Assembly: GCA_963836075.1 (NCBI GenBank)
Contig: CAWIIB010000009.1
Location: forward strand, 2,816,001 to 2,880,000
From: an uncultured Acidobacteriota bacterium
GTDB taxonomy: Bacteria > Acidobacteriota > JAQAZP01
Direction of reading: 5' to 3'
DNA: 64,000 bases
The notes beneath the pieces were generated by a model. That model was not told where the DNA came from and searched no databases. It saw nothing but the letters and a program-made list of their open reading frames with translations. Below are positions 1 through 11,541 of this stretch, one piece after another. The number at the start of each line of letters is the position of its first letter. Within the stretch, counting starts at the first letter, position 1. The position numbers and the translations under genes were made by a program.

Positions 1-11
1 GCCTGCTCTGG

Positions 12-1913
12 ATGCTCCACGGCCTGTTCTTCGGCGGAATCTGTGCCGTCCTGCTGCTGGCCCTCCCCGGCCTGCGCCGATCGGTTCGCGCCGGCGCTCT
101 CGGCGTGGGGCTTTTCCTCGCCGGCGCCCTCACCCTCCAGGCCTGGTGCGTCACCGCGGAACACTTGCCCCAGGCCCAGGGTGTGCACCTCTCCTGGCTG
201 GTCTGGATGGGTCTTTGCTGGGGCCTGCTGCTGGCCGCGGTTTACGGCATCTCCCACCTGGCGGCGCCGACACTGGTGGGCCGGCTGACAGCCACCCTGG
301 GCCGCTGGGCCTTCTGGCCGGCGGTGCTGGCGCTGGTGGCGAGCGTGGGCATCCAGTGGGTCGAGCGCCCGCGGATCCTGCCCGAAACGGCGAAGTGGGA
401 GGAAGCGGGCGACGCCGCCGCGCCGGAGGGGGACGCGCCGAACATCGTGCTGCTGGTGCTGGATACCCAGCGCATCGACCGTCTCGGCTGCTACGGCTGC
501 CCGCGGCCCACCACGCCGCGCCTCGACCGTTTTGCCGGCGATGCCGTGGTCTACGACAACTATATTTCCACCGCGGTCTGGACCCTCCCCTCCCACGCGT
601 CCATGTTCACCGGCCTGTTCCCCAGCGAGCACGGCTCCAGCTGGAACCACATCTGGCTCGATGAGCGGTTCACCACCATGGCCGAGATCCTGGCCGAAGC
701 GGGCTACCAGAACTTTGGCCTGAGCAACAATGTGGTGGTTTCGCCGCACACCAACACGGCCCAGGGGTTCCACCGCTTCGTCATGCCCCAGGCCATCTCC
801 AACGCCCGCGGGACCTACCTGGAGAAATTTCTCGACCGGGTGCTCTACCCGGCGGGCCGGGTGGGGAAGTGGCTGGGCCGGTTCACCGGGCAGGACCAGG
901 GGGCCAAGTACACCAACCAGATCGCGGCCCGCTGGCTCAAGGGGCGGGACTCCAGCCGGCCCTTCTTCCTCTTTGTCAATTACCTCGAGCCCCACGACCC
1001 GTTCCGGCCCACCGACCCCTACCGCAAGCTGTTCGTCGAGCCGGGAGACATCAGCGATTCCCACCGCCTGAACTGGGACGCCATCGCCGAGTTCGCGATC
1101 ATGAAGAGCGACCACTACTCGGCGGAAGAGCTGGAGATCCTCGGCGACACCTACGACGCCGAGACCCGGCTCACCGACGACCGGCTGGGCCAGCTGCTGG
1201 AGATCATCGCCGCGGAAACAGTCCTCGACGATACGCTGGTCATCATCACCTCCGACCATGGCGAGAACCTCGGCGACCACCACCTGCTGCGCCACGCCTG
1301 GTGCGTCTACGACACCCTGGCCCACCTCCCGCTGATCCTGCGCTATCCGGCCCGGATCGAGCCGGGCCGGGTGGCCGAGATCACCCAGACCGTTGACCTG
1401 CTGCCCACGGTGCTCGACGCGGTGCACGGCCGGCCGCCGGCCGCGGTGACCGGCGGGGCACGGTCGCTGCTCAGCCCGGTCGTGCTGCCGGAGACCGCCG
1501 CGGATGAGGTTGACGCGGGGCAGGACGAGCCGCTGTTCCCGGAACTGGCCGGACGGGCCGCGATCATCGAATACAACGCGCCGAACCGGTCCCATATCGA
1601 CGCGGCCCAGCAGAAGCGGCTGCGCATGGACCGCACGCCCTTCGAGAGCACGATCTACGGCATCCGCCAGGGGCCCTGGAAGTACATCACCTACCGCGAC
1701 GGCCGGCAGGAGCTGTTCAACGTTGTGCAGGACCGGGGCGAGACCGAAAACCTGGTGCAGGCCCACCCCGCCGTCGTGGAACGGCTGACCGCTGAGCTTC
1801 ACCGCTGGCGCGCCGGCCTGGTCCCCTACCAGGCCTCGGGAGCCGATTCCGGCATGGAGGAGACCGACGAGGCGACCCTCAGCCGTCTCAGGGAACTGGG
1901 CTACCTGCAGTAG
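12..1913 (+). CDS. Membrane-anchored sulfatase-like hydrolase/transferase (alkaline phosphatase superfamily); probably 5'-truncated by the window edge
   Basis: N-terminal TM helices; PNIVLLVLDTQR, WTLPSHASMFTG, NYLEPHDP, TSDHGE, C-terminal LRELGYL. The frame is open back to position 3. Confidence 0.85.
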   Translation: MLHGLFFGGICAVLLLALPGLRRSVRAGALGVGLFLAGALTLQAWCVTAEHLPQAQGVHLSWLVWMGLCWGLLLAAVYGISHLAAPTLVGRLTATLGRWAFWPAVLALVASVGIQWVERPRILPETAKWEEAGDAAAPEGDAPNIVLLVLDTQRIDRLGCYGCPRPTTPRLDRFAGDAVVYDNYISTAVWTLPSHASMFTGLFPSEHGSSWNHIWLDERFTTMAEILAEAGYQNFGLSNNVVVSPHTNTAQGFHRFVMPQAISNARGTYLEKFLDRVLYPAGRVGKWLGRFTGQDQGAKYTNQIAARWLKGRDSSRPFFLFVNYLEPHDPFRPTDPYRKLFVEPGDISDSHRLNWDAIAEFAIMKSDHYSAEELEILGDTYDAETRLTDDRLGQLLEIIAAETVLDDTLVIITSDHGENLGDHHLLRHAWCVYDTLAHLPLILRYPARIEPGRVAEITQTVDLLPTVLDAVHGRPPAAVTGGARSLLSPVVLPETAADEVDAGQDEPLFPELAGRAAIIEYNAPNRSHIDAAQQKRLRMDRTPFESTIYGIRQGPWKYITYRDGRQELFNVVQDRGETENLVQAHPAVVERLTAELHRWRAGLVPYQASGADSGMEETDEATLSRLRELGYLQ

Positions 1914-1964
1914 AACCCGCTTCCGGTCGCGCCGCCGCTCGCCGGCGGCACGATTCCTTTCGCT

Positions 1965-3116
1965 TCAATCCGTATTCAATATTTTTCGCTCTCTGTCCGC
2001 GTCAAGCAGGTCCGCGTGAATACCGGCGGCAACGATTGCTTCCCCGGCCTGGCCGTAGTGTCCGTCGCTGCGAGATCTGAAAAAAGAGACGATCTCATCG
2101 CCCTGTTCCAGATGCGGCAGAAAGTAGCTCAGGGCATCGAAGGTCAGTGGATGCCGGCCGCGGATCTTCCGGTAGAAGCCTTGGTACACCGTTTTTCCGT
2201 TTTTCGAATAGTTCATCATGTCCAGGGAGTTGGGGAAGAAAAGGATGATCGGGACCGCTCCGTTGTCTTCGGCGCGCCGGATGAACCGGAAAATAATCTG
2301 TTCGAGGATGGAGCGGGCGTCGGGATCCTCGTACAGGTCGAAGTAATCCATCCGTTTCTCGACGATCGAATCATAGTAGTACCCTACATAGTAGGGGAGG
2401 GCGGGAATCAGGCAGCAGGAGAATGGGAAGCCGGCATGACGGTTCAGGTTGTACCGGTCGTAGTAGCCGTACCAGTAGTCGCCCTTTCCAACGTTTCTGA
2501 GAAAATCCATATTGTCGAGCAGGGCCAGTTCATCCCCGGTCCTGATCGGATTGGGCACCAGAACCAGTCTGTCTTCTTGATCCAGGTCAAACCTGGGTTT
2601 TGTAAAATAGAGGTTCGAGCGCCTCATGTAAAAACCACGATACCTGTTGACGACCCTGGCAATATTCTCGGACATGATGCCCAGAAGCACATACGGGGTT
2701 TGGACCTTGCCGACATATCTTTTTTCGAATCTCAGGTATGCCTGGTCAGTCCCGTAACCGCCCACACCGAAATTCAGCACGGGGCGCCCGATTTTCTGTT
2801 CGAGCAGTCCGGCCCATGACCGGGCGATATCGGGATGACCCTTGGTGAAGCTGTCCCCAAACAGGCTGACAGCGGCTTTTTCGACGTTTTTCGGTTTTCC
2901 CCGGTATCCGTGTTTATTCGGGTATCTGGGCTCCCAGCCCAGGTCGTGGCTGAAGAGGCTGAGCATGGACGCCCTGGGTTCGTCCTGTTCCTCGTTGCGG
3001 GGCAGAAAAAAACTGAGCCGGTTGATCACCAGGAAAGAACAAAGTTCAACCATGATCAACAGGACGGCCAGGGTCAGAGTGATCATGATAACCGTCTGTT
3101 TTGTCTCACGCTTCAT
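1965..3116 (-). CDS. SGNH/GDSL-like hydrolase with N-terminal membrane anchor
   Basis: FGDSFT (block I), NFGVGGYGTDQ (block II), DGHY (block V), hydrophobic N-terminus. An alternative ATG lies at 3131. Visibly more AT-rich than its neighbours. Confidence 0.7.
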   Translation of the reverse strand: MKRETKQTVIMITLTLAVLLIMVELCSFLVINRLSFFLPRNEEQDEPRASMLSLFSHDLGWEPRYPNKHGYRGKPKNVEKAAVSLFGDSFTKGHPDIARSWAGLLEQKIGRPVLNFGVGGYGTDQAYLRFEKRYVGKVQTPYVLLGIMSENIARVVNRYRGFYMRRSNLYFTKPRFDLDQEDRLVLVPNPIRTGDELALLDNMDFLRNVGKGDYWYGYYDRYNLNRHAGFPFSCCLIPALPYYVGYYYDSIVEKRMDYFDLYEDPDARSILEQIIFRFIRRAEDNGAVPIILFFPNSLDMMNYSKNGKTVYQGFYRKIRGRHPLTFDALSYFLPHLEQGDEIVSFFRSRSDGHYGQAGEAIVAAGIHADLLDADRERKILNTD

Positions 3117-3128
3117 CTTGTCCGCGCC

Positions 3129-3291
3129 CATCCCGCTCCGTAACCGGCTTTTTATCCGTAATTCCAGTGAGGAGATAACCATGGCCGAGTTCAGTTGCCA
3201 GGCCCCCTTCCCCCTGGGTGAGGACACCACCGAATACCGCCTGCTGACCGCCGACCACGTGTCGGTGGAGACTTTTGGCGACCGCGAGATG
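3129..3291 (+). repeat. Copy 1 of a 163-bp direct repeat: fumA upstream region, RBS and first 37 codons
   Basis: Aligns without gaps to 6673-6835 (offset 3544), with 12 mismatches counted by eye. Confidence 0.95.
3181..3291 (+). pseudogene. fumA': Orphan 5' fragment of class I fumarate hydratase
   Basis: [37 protein letters not shown] versus intact [37 protein letters not shown]; similarity then stops abruptly. Confidence 0.9.
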
Positions 3292-3351
3292 GTTGTGGGG
3301 ACTCACTCTGGACATCCGATGCCCGGGAACGCGGAGTCGCTGTGGTTAACG

Positions 3352-3377
3352 GCCGGCCGCGGCGGACCGCGGCCGGC
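3352..3377 (-). terminator. GC-rich hairpin just downstream of the 3387-6086 gene
   Basis: gccggccgcgg-cgga-ccgcggccggc, a perfect 11-bp stem; the U-tract is weak. Confidence 0.45.
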
Positions 3378-3386
3378 GGGTGAGGA

Positions 3387-6086
3387 TTATTTCGAGGGAG
3401 GCGGGGCGCAGCTGATGGTCAGGTCATACACCCCCTCATTTGCGGAATAGCCCTCCACCTGTACCACGTAGGTCCCCACGGTGAGGTCCATTTCCATGGT
3501 GGAGAGGAGGCCCGACGAACCGCCCAGGCAGTTGTCGTCATTGGATAAAATCTCGTTGCCGCAGCAAGCATCGTCATAGAGCCTGATGTAGGTGTCATAG
3601 TAGTCGGTGAACGTGCCGCAGGTGGTGATCGTGTAGAACCCCCCCTCCTGCACCTCGAACCGGTAGAAGTGGTCGCCGGACGCGTTGCCGCACCAGTTGG
3701 TGGCGCCGGTGGTGTCTCCGGTGACGTTGAGTACATCGCCGCACATCATGGGTCCGAGGTCCACGGTGTCGTCCTCGCACGAGCCGACGACTGGTTCGAA
3801 GCCGATGGTGAAGGCGTACTCGGAACCGCAGGGAATCCCTGTAAACACCGACGGACCGACCCACAGCCAGAAGTCGCCCGGCGAGACGAGGGCCTCGAGA
3901 TAGGTTTCGGTGAGCGCCTCCGCGGTGATGCTGGTGAGGATGGTGTAGTCGATACAGTCCCCGGAACCGGTGTCGATGATGAACATCAGCAGCGGGAAGT
4001 CGGCGCAGCACGTCATGGAGAGCGTGCCGGTCTCCGCCGTTGACACCAGATACCAGTCGGTGTCGCGGTTGTCAAGGCCGGCGACCTGGTAGGTTCCTGA
4101 CTCGCCGCAAATCACGTCACCGATATTTGCGCTGGAGAAGACCGGCGGGATGGAATTGCACCCTCCGTTGTACATGTCCTCGTATTCGTCGCCGCAAAGC
4201 GGTTCACCCTCGGGAATGCCGCCGGGGGGGCAGGTGGGGTCGCAAAACACTGGACAGTCCACCTCGAAGAGGTCCATGTAGTAGACACCGCAATCGCCGC
4301 CGTATCCGTCGATCACGATGTAGTAGGTGTTGCCGCCCGCGAGGAACAGCTGCTCGATCCTCGAGCGGAAGGCGATACTACAGTCGGCGTCGTCGTTGCA
4401 GGCGTATGGAGCGCCCGGCGTCCAGGCGTTTTCATATACATACACCTTCGTGTCGTACTCGGAGGTGCACAGATCGATGTCGACGCACATGTCTGCCGCC
4501 GGCATGAACGAGTACACCACGTCCGGCGAGGTGGAGCCAACGTACGGGCAGGCCTCGTCGTAGTCGTCGAAGCAGGCGCAGGTGCTGCCGGTGGCGCTGA
4601 ACGGCAGCCCGTCCACCGGAATGGCGAGCTCGATGGTGTCGCCCTCGCACGGTTCATACGCGGTGACCACCACGTCGGCCATGCACGTGCTGCCGGACGG
4701 TGGGTAGGGCGGCTGATTGAATGGCGGATAGGTCACATCCTCGACCGCCAGATGGAACAGGTTGTCTCCCAGGAGCTGGTCGAATTCCGGAAGGATGAAA
4801 CCCCAGTCGTAGACCATGCTGGACATCCACGGCAAGTTGGTGTACCCGGCCCGCCAGTTGGGGAAGTAGAGGCCGCTCCCCGTTGTGAGGTCCAGGTGTG
4901 CGGCGACAACGCGGCCGCCGGGCCGCCCCGCGGGCGGCGGCAGGAGGTTTGACAACGTTACGGAGAAGAACGTGCTGAGCGGCAGTTCGCCGGCGGTGGG
5001 CACGATCGTCAGCCCGCAGTCGATGGTTGGCGGGAAGACGCCGCCGGTGTCCACGGTCATCACGTACGGTGAGCCGCAGGGCACACCGTCGAACACGGAC
5101 GGACCGACCCAGAGCCAGTACCAGCCGTTGCCCACGTCGGCGCTGAGCGTGACCTCCTCGTTGGCTTCGGCGGTGATGCTGGTGAGGATGGTGTACGAAC
5201 TGCAGTCACCGGGTGCCGGCGCCTGGATGATGAACATCAGGACCGGGAAGTCGGCGCAGCACGTCATTGAAAGCGTACCCGCGCTGCCCATGCCGATTTC
5301 ATACCAGTCGGTGTCGCGGTAGCTGGAGCCCTCAAACAGGTAGGTCCCTGACTCGCCGCAGATCACGTCACCATCGGCCGCGTAGGAGAAGACCGGCGTG
5401 ATGGAATTGCAGCCGCCGTTGTACATGTCATCGTAGTCGTCGCCGCAAAGGGGCTCACCCTCGGGAATGCCGCCGGGGGGACAGGTGGCGTCGCAGAATG
5501 TCGGGCAGTCGACCTCGAAGAGGTCCATGTAATAGACACCGCAAGCGCCGCCGTATCCGTCGATCACGATGTAGTAGGTGTTGCCGCCCACGAGGAGCAG
5601 CTGTTCGATCCTCGATCGATAGAGGATACTGCAGTCGGCGTCGTCGTTGCAGGCGTACGGAGCGCCCGGCGTCCAGGCATTTTCATACACGTACACCTTC
5701 GTGTCGTACTCGGAGGTGCACAGATCGATGGTGACGCACATGTCTGCCGCCGGCATGAACGAGTACACCACGTCCGGAGAGGTGGAGCCAGCGAACGGGC
5801 AGGCCTCGTCGTAGTCGTCGACGAAGCCGCAGGTGTCGCCGCTGTCGAAATACGGCAGCGCGGCGATGGGAAGGGCGGTGGCGATGTCCTCACCACCCAC
5901 GCGATCGGGATTGAGAATCTGCTTCCCGGGCGTGACCATGGGTTTGGCGGCAGCGGAACTGCTTGTGGTGATCCACGTGGTTTGCACTGGCGCTGCCACG
6001 TTGCTTGGCGTGTGGGTTTCGGCCCATGCGCCGGCAACGCCAATGGCCAGCATGAAAAGGATGATGACAAATCTCGTGCGGATCAT
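3387..6086 (-). CDS. Large secreted acidic Cys/Asp-rich protein: two internal ~255-aa repeats flanking the shared 'NQPPYP' domain, with a PPC-like C-terminal domain
   Basis: AGGAG RBS before ATG 6086; signal peptide MIRTRFVIILFMLAIGVAGAWA; duplicated DDYDEACP...SPDVVYSF...CNDD...YYIVIDGY...CCADFP...WLWVGP units. Confidence 0.85.
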   Translation of the reverse strand: MIRTRFVIILFMLAIGVAGAWAETHTPSNVAAPVQTTWITTSSSAAAKPMVTPGKQILNPDRVGGEDIATALPIAALPYFDSGDTCGFVDDYDEACPFAGSTSPDVVYSFMPAADMCVTIDLCTSEYDTKVYVYENAWTPGAPYACNDDADCSILYRSRIEQLLLVGGNTYYIVIDGYGGACGVYYMDLFEVDCPTFCDATCPPGGIPEGEPLCGDDYDDMYNGGCNSITPVFSYAADGDVICGESGTYLFEGSSYRDTDWYEIGMGSAGTLSMTCCADFPVLMFIIQAPAPGDCSSYTILTSITAEANEEVTLSADVGNGWYWLWVGPSVFDGVPCGSPYVMTVDTGGVFPPTIDCGLTIVPTAGELPLSTFFSVTLSNLLPPPAGRPGGRVVAAHLDLTTGSGLYFPNWRAGYTNLPWMSSMVYDWGFILPEFDQLLGDNLFHLAVEDVTYPPFNQPPYPPSGSTCMADVVVTAYEPCEGDTIELAIPVDGLPFSATGSTCACFDDYDEACPYVGSTSPDVVYSFMPAADMCVDIDLCTSEYDTKVYVYENAWTPGAPYACNDDADCSIAFRSRIEQLFLAGGNTYYIVIDGYGGDCGVYYMDLFEVDCPVFCDPTCPPGGIPEGEPLCGDEYEDMYNGGCNSIPPVFSSANIGDVICGESGTYQVAGLDNRDTDWYLVSTAETGTLSMTCCADFPLLMFIIDTGSGDCIDYTILTSITAEALTETYLEALVSPGDFWLWVGPSVFTGIPCGSEYAFTIGFEPVVGSCEDDTVDLGPMMCGDVLNVTGDTTGATNWCGNASGDHFYRFEVQEGGFYTITTCGTFTDYYDTYIRLYDDACCGNEILSNDDNCLGGSSGLLSTMEMDLTVGTYVVQVEGYSANEGVYDLTISCAPPPSK
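3815..4600 (-). repeat. Intragenic repeat unit 2 (partner at ~5065-5850)
   Basis: Near-identical DNA, e.g. caggcctcgtcgtagtcgtcga at 4549 and 5800 (offset 1251). Confidence 0.9.
5065..5850 (-). repeat. Intragenic repeat unit 1 (partner at ~3815-4600)
   Basis: Same alignment as unit 2; boundaries are approximate. Confidence 0.9.
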
Positions 6087-6487
6087 GTTTTCACTCCTTT
6101 GGGATTGGGCGGTCCGGGAAAACGGTGGGGGCCCCGCTTTGCGGGCGCGTTCACCGGGGGTGCCAACAGCCTTGCGGCTACGGCTGGGGGGGCCTCGCGT
6201 CATTGAGTCCATCCGCTGACACCTTTTGTGCCGCGCGCCTGTCTCTCGACGGAGATGATGCGGCGTCGGCGTTTCACAGTAGGATTTGGATGCCAGACCA
6301 TGTGCTCGGAGTGCTGATTCAGGCCGAGGGCGACAGGGAGCGGGGGACGGTGTCCTCCAGGATCGGCCACTTCCTGGAATCACCGCGCATGATGTGCAAT
6401 TGTAGTGGGGGGCAGCCGCTGTTGCTCGGTCCGTTCCCGGACCTCTTCTCCGCGTACGAAAACTTGGATGCAAACACTAGATTATTA

Positions 6488-6516
6488 ATAATAGGTAAAA
6501 TCCTTCATATTGTCAA
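6488..6516 (-). promoter_or_regulatory. Sigma70-type promoter for the 3387-6086 gene
   Basis: Minus strand TTGACA-17 nt-TATTAT in an AT-rich patch. Confidence 0.7.
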
Positions 6517-6724
6517 CAGTAATATGTTTCCTCAATCATGGAAAAGGGGGGTGCCCCCTTGAACCGGGTCCATGGCCGCGGCTGGGGCTATGACGGCACC
6601 GTGCTCACCGCCATGGACCAGCTGGATTTCAACGGGTTCCACCCGCTTCCGGCCCGCGCCGGGTCGTGATATCATCCCGCTCCGTAACCGGCTTTTTACC
6701 TGAAATACCAGCGAGGAGAGAACC

Positions 6725-8332
<1,608 letters not shown>

Positions 8333-8339
8333 AAATACC

Positions 8340-8370
8340 GGGGGCACCCGGAATGGGTGTCCCCTTTTTT
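8340..8370 (+). terminator. Rho-independent terminator of fumA
   Basis: gggggcaccc-ggaat-gggtgtcccc followed by T6. Confidence 0.85.
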
Positions 8371-8391
8371 CGTGTTCGCTTGCGCTGTTGC

Positions 8392-11300
8392 CTAGTCCAG
8401 ACCGTGCTTGGCCAGCCAGGAGCGGTAGGTGGTGGTGGTCACCCCCATCAGGGCGGCGGTGAGCGACGGCTGCTTCGGAATCCGTTCGGCCACGATGGAA
8501 AGCAGGTTCAGGCGCGCCTTCTCCAGGTGGTTCTCGCCGGCGGTCAGATCAGACCGCAGCCAGTCGGCGATGAGCGGTCGAACCGTGTCCCATTCCGGGG
8601 AGCGGGGAGAGAGCCCGGATTCGGCATCGGTCAGGACCCGGGAAATCTTGCGGCGGAAGGTGGTTTCCGGGATTCCGAGCATCCTGGCCCCGCGGCTGTG
8701 CACACCGCTGGTGGCGTTCCAGGCCTCCAGGACCAGATCCTCATCGAGCCACCGCCCCAGCGGCACCGCCCCGCGCCCGCCCCTGGCGGCGGCAAGCTGC
8801 ACCTGCCGGTCGAGGGCGTTGGCCAGAGCGGCCCGCGCCGATTCCGCCGGCAGGGGGCTGCCGCTTCCGGAGGCCGCCGGCATGGCGGGCGGCGCTTCGT
8901 CTCCCGCAGCGATGGAGTCGGTCCCGGTCCGGCCCGCGGGGGCAGGCTGCTGCCTCTCCGGCACTGTCGACGGGGCCTCCGTGTCCGTCTCCATCCCCAG
9001 TGATCCCAGATCGATGTCCCCGCCCTCGGAGAGGATCACCGCCTTCATCACCCGGTTCTGGAGTTCCCTGACATTGCCGGGCCAGCCGTAGGCCAGCATC
9101 CCGGCTTCGGCCTCGCGGCTGAACCGGCGAACTCCCTTCTGGTACTGGACGGCATAGAGGTTGAGAAAGTGCTCGGCGAGATGAAGGATGTCGCCCGGCC
9201 GGTGGCGCAGCGCCGGCGACTCGATGCTGACCACATTGAGCCGGTGGTAGAGGTCCTCGCGAAACCGACCGGCCTCCACTTCACGGCGCAGGTCCCGGTT
9301 GGTGACAGCCACCAGACGCACATCGACCTCAACGGAGCGGGTTCCGCCCACCGTGGTGATCTGCTTCTCCTGGACAAAGCGGAGCAGCTTGCTCTGCACC
9401 TCCAGCGGGAGCTCGCCGATTTCGTCCAGCATCATCGTCCCCCCGTTCGCTTCGGCCAACCGTCCCCGGGCACTCTCCTGTGCTCCGGTGTACGCGCCCT
9501 TTTCCCGGCCGAACAGTTCGCTGTCGATGAGGCTGGAGGCGATGGCCCCGCAGTCCACCACCACGAACGGCTTTTCCCTCCGGTCACTCATCTCGTGAAT
9601 GGTGCGGGTGAGCAGTTCCTTTCCGGTCCCGCTTTCCCCGGTGATCAGAACCGTGGCCTCGGTGGGCGCCACCCGGCGGACCATGGTGAGCACCGACTCC
9701 ATTTCCGCGGAGCGGCTGACCAGCCGCGCCTGTCCCAGCGCACGACGCAGATCGCTCAGCTCCGCCCGGAGCAGCGATCGCTGCTCTTCCTGGCGGGAAC
9801 GGTCCAGGGCGGCCAGCCGGGCGTGGTTCAGCGCCGCGGCCAGCTGGTCGGAGAGGGCCTTGAGAAACAGCAGGTCCGAGGGCTCGAGAGCCATGGCCAC
9901 GTCACCGCCGTCGAGGTAGAGGCACCCGAGACGGGTGCCCTGGGAAACCAGCGGCACCGCCCAGCTAATCACCGACGCACCCTGTCCCGTGCCCTTTTCG
10001 GTCCACTCCACCGGCTGGGTGGCACTCAATGCCTTTTTGAGCAGCAGCTTCTGGGCCTTGTTCAGGTTCAGACTGTCTTTGGGATCTCCGGGTGCGGAAC
10101 TGCTGATCCGCACGGCCACCGGACTGAGCTCGTTTTCACCGTTGAAGAGGAGCAAGGCCACCCGTTCCGGTTTAAACGCCGCCTTCAACCGCTCCACGGT
10201 CTGGATGGCCAGGTCATCCGGGTTGGGGTTGGCGGAGATGATCCCCACGGTGTCCCACAGCAACAGCATGTTGCGATAGTCTTTGGCCAGGTCTGCGGTG
10301 AAGATCCCGCTGAGCCGGTCGTGGCTGCCCGTTTCGTCGTTGTCGTCGTCCACCCCCCCGGTGACGATCCGTCCGCCGCCCGTCTTTTTTGCCACGTGCA
10401 GCGCCCGGTCGGCCTTGCGGAACAGTTCCATCGCCACCTCCCGAGCATCGTCATACGCGGCGGGGATGAACTCTGTCAGCCCGATGCTGAATCCCAGACG
10501 GACCGCTCCCCGGAAATAGGCCCCTTCGGTAAGCTTCGAGCGGAGGTTCCCGGCCACCAGGGTTCCGTTGTCGAGGCCGGTGTCAGGCAGGACCACGGGA
10601 AAGATCGCCCCGCCGTAGCGGTGGACCACGTCCGTGGTCCGGACCAACTCGGTGAGCCTGCCGGCGATCTCGCGAATCACCGCATCACCGGTTTTGCGGT
10701 CGAAATGCTCGTTCACCACATCGAAGTCGTCGGGATTGACCAGCAGCAGAGTGAACGGGCGCTTCCGGTTCACCGCCTGCTCCACAGCCTGCACCAGAAG
10801 ATCCTCGAACCGCACACGGCCGGGAACCCCGCTCACCGGGTCGTCGATCATTGCCGACACCTGCTGCGCGTGGAGGGCGAGTGCTGCTCCCAGGGCGATG
10901 ATCCAGTCCCTCCACCGGCCAAACTCCCGGGGAGAAGCCTTTTCATCCAGCAAGGTCCGGATCCCGGAATGGTCGCCGTCCTTTATCCGCAGGCCGATCC
11001 AGATACCGGGATGATCCACCGGCACGCCACCCTCCAAATCGGTGGTTCGCCGTGTGGGACACGGTTCACCATGTTCAGTGGGGTCCAGCCCGGGGATTGA
11101 CCCAGGTGGCCGGACCCGGATCAGGAGACCTCCGTTGGTGGAACTGTCGATCTTCCACAGAAGCTGTTTCGGGTCGACCCCCGTGTAACCCTGTTCCCTC
11201 CGGTAGCGGTGGCTGAACTCCGCCGCCGCGTCGATGTCGACGAATTCGGCCACCGGGGGATCCTCACCGTCGTGGAGCAGGAGAGGTTCGCGGAGCCCGC

Positions 11301-11415
11301 CCGAGGAGGGTGGGAGATAGAGCGAGACGGTTGTTGCGCCCACGAAACTGCGGAGCAGTCGCACGCACGCCCGGAGGATGTCGGTGGACCTGAAATGAAG
11401 GGGCAGATCGCCCAC
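8392..11415 (-). CDS. Sigma54-dependent enhancer-binding protein: N-terminal region, degenerate GGDEF, GAF, AAA+ and C-terminal HTH-like segments
   Basis: GESGTGKE, GAYTGA, LDEIGE, RFREDLYHRL, WPGNVRELQN; GGDEF-like RTTD-VVHRY-GGAIF; GGAGG RBS before GTG 11415 (the ORF is open to 11532). Confidence 0.9.
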   Translation of the reverse strand: MGDLPLHFRSTDILRACVRLLRSFVGATTVSLYLPPSSGGLREPLLLHDGEDPPVAEFVDIDAAAEFSHRYRREQGYTGVDPKQLLWKIDSSTNGGLLIRVRPPGSIPGLDPTEHGEPCPTRRTTDLEGGVPVDHPGIWIGLRIKDGDHSGIRTLLDEKASPREFGRWRDWIIALGAALALHAQQVSAMIDDPVSGVPGRVRFEDLLVQAVEQAVNRKRPFTLLLVNPDDFDVVNEHFDRKTGDAVIREIAGRLTELVRTTDVVHRYGGAIFPVVLPDTGLDNGTLVAGNLRSKLTEGAYFRGAVRLGFSIGLTEFIPAAYDDAREVAMELFRKADRALHVAKKTGGGRIVTGGVDDDNDETGSHDRLSGIFTADLAKDYRNMLLLWDTVGIISANPNPDDLAIQTVERLKAAFKPERVALLLFNGENELSPVAVRISSSAPGDPKDSLNLNKAQKLLLKKALSATQPVEWTEKGTGQGASVISWAVPLVSQGTRLGCLYLDGGDVAMALEPSDLLFLKALSDQLAAALNHARLAALDRSRQEEQRSLLRAELSDLRRALGQARLVSRSAEMESVLTMVRRVAPTEATVLITGESGTGKELLTRTIHEMSDRREKPFVVVDCGAIASSLIDSELFGREKGAYTGAQESARGRLAEANGGTMMLDEIGELPLEVQSKLLRFVQEKQITTVGGTRSVEVDVRLVAVTNRDLRREVEAGRFREDLYHRLNVVSIESPALRHRPGDILHLAEHFLNLYAVQYQKGVRRFSREAEAGMLAYGWPGNVRELQNRVMKAVILSEGGDIDLGSLGMETDTEAPSTVPERQQPAPAGRTGTDSIAAGDEAPPAMPAASGSGSPLPAESARAALANALDRQVQLAAARGGRGAVPLGRWLDEDLVLEAWNATSGVHSRGARMLGIPETTFRRKISRVLTDAESGLSPRSPEWDTVRPLIADWLRSDLTAGENHLEKARLNLLSIVAERIPKQPSLTAALMGVTTTTYRSWLAKHGLD

Positions 11416-11541
11416 GTTGCCTCCACTGCGGCCCGTCGAGAAAAAGGGCCGATCAAACGAGGACACCGTTGGCCGGCCTTCCTGCCGGCATCGGACCGCA
11501 TCCGGTAGCGAAATGCGGGACAGCTTCTCCACCCTATCGGC

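Noticed and set aside
6150-6166. TTGGCAC-N5-GTGAA on the minus strand as a sigma54 promoter
   Set aside because: The -12 dinucleotide is GA, not GC, and a good sigma70 promoter exists upstream.
6087-6473. N-terminal extensions in the ORF track (also 27972-28118, 35935-36120, 60710-60862)
   Set aside because: Downstream starts have an RBS and signal peptide or the family-typical N-terminus; the extensions are low-complexity or overlap other genes.
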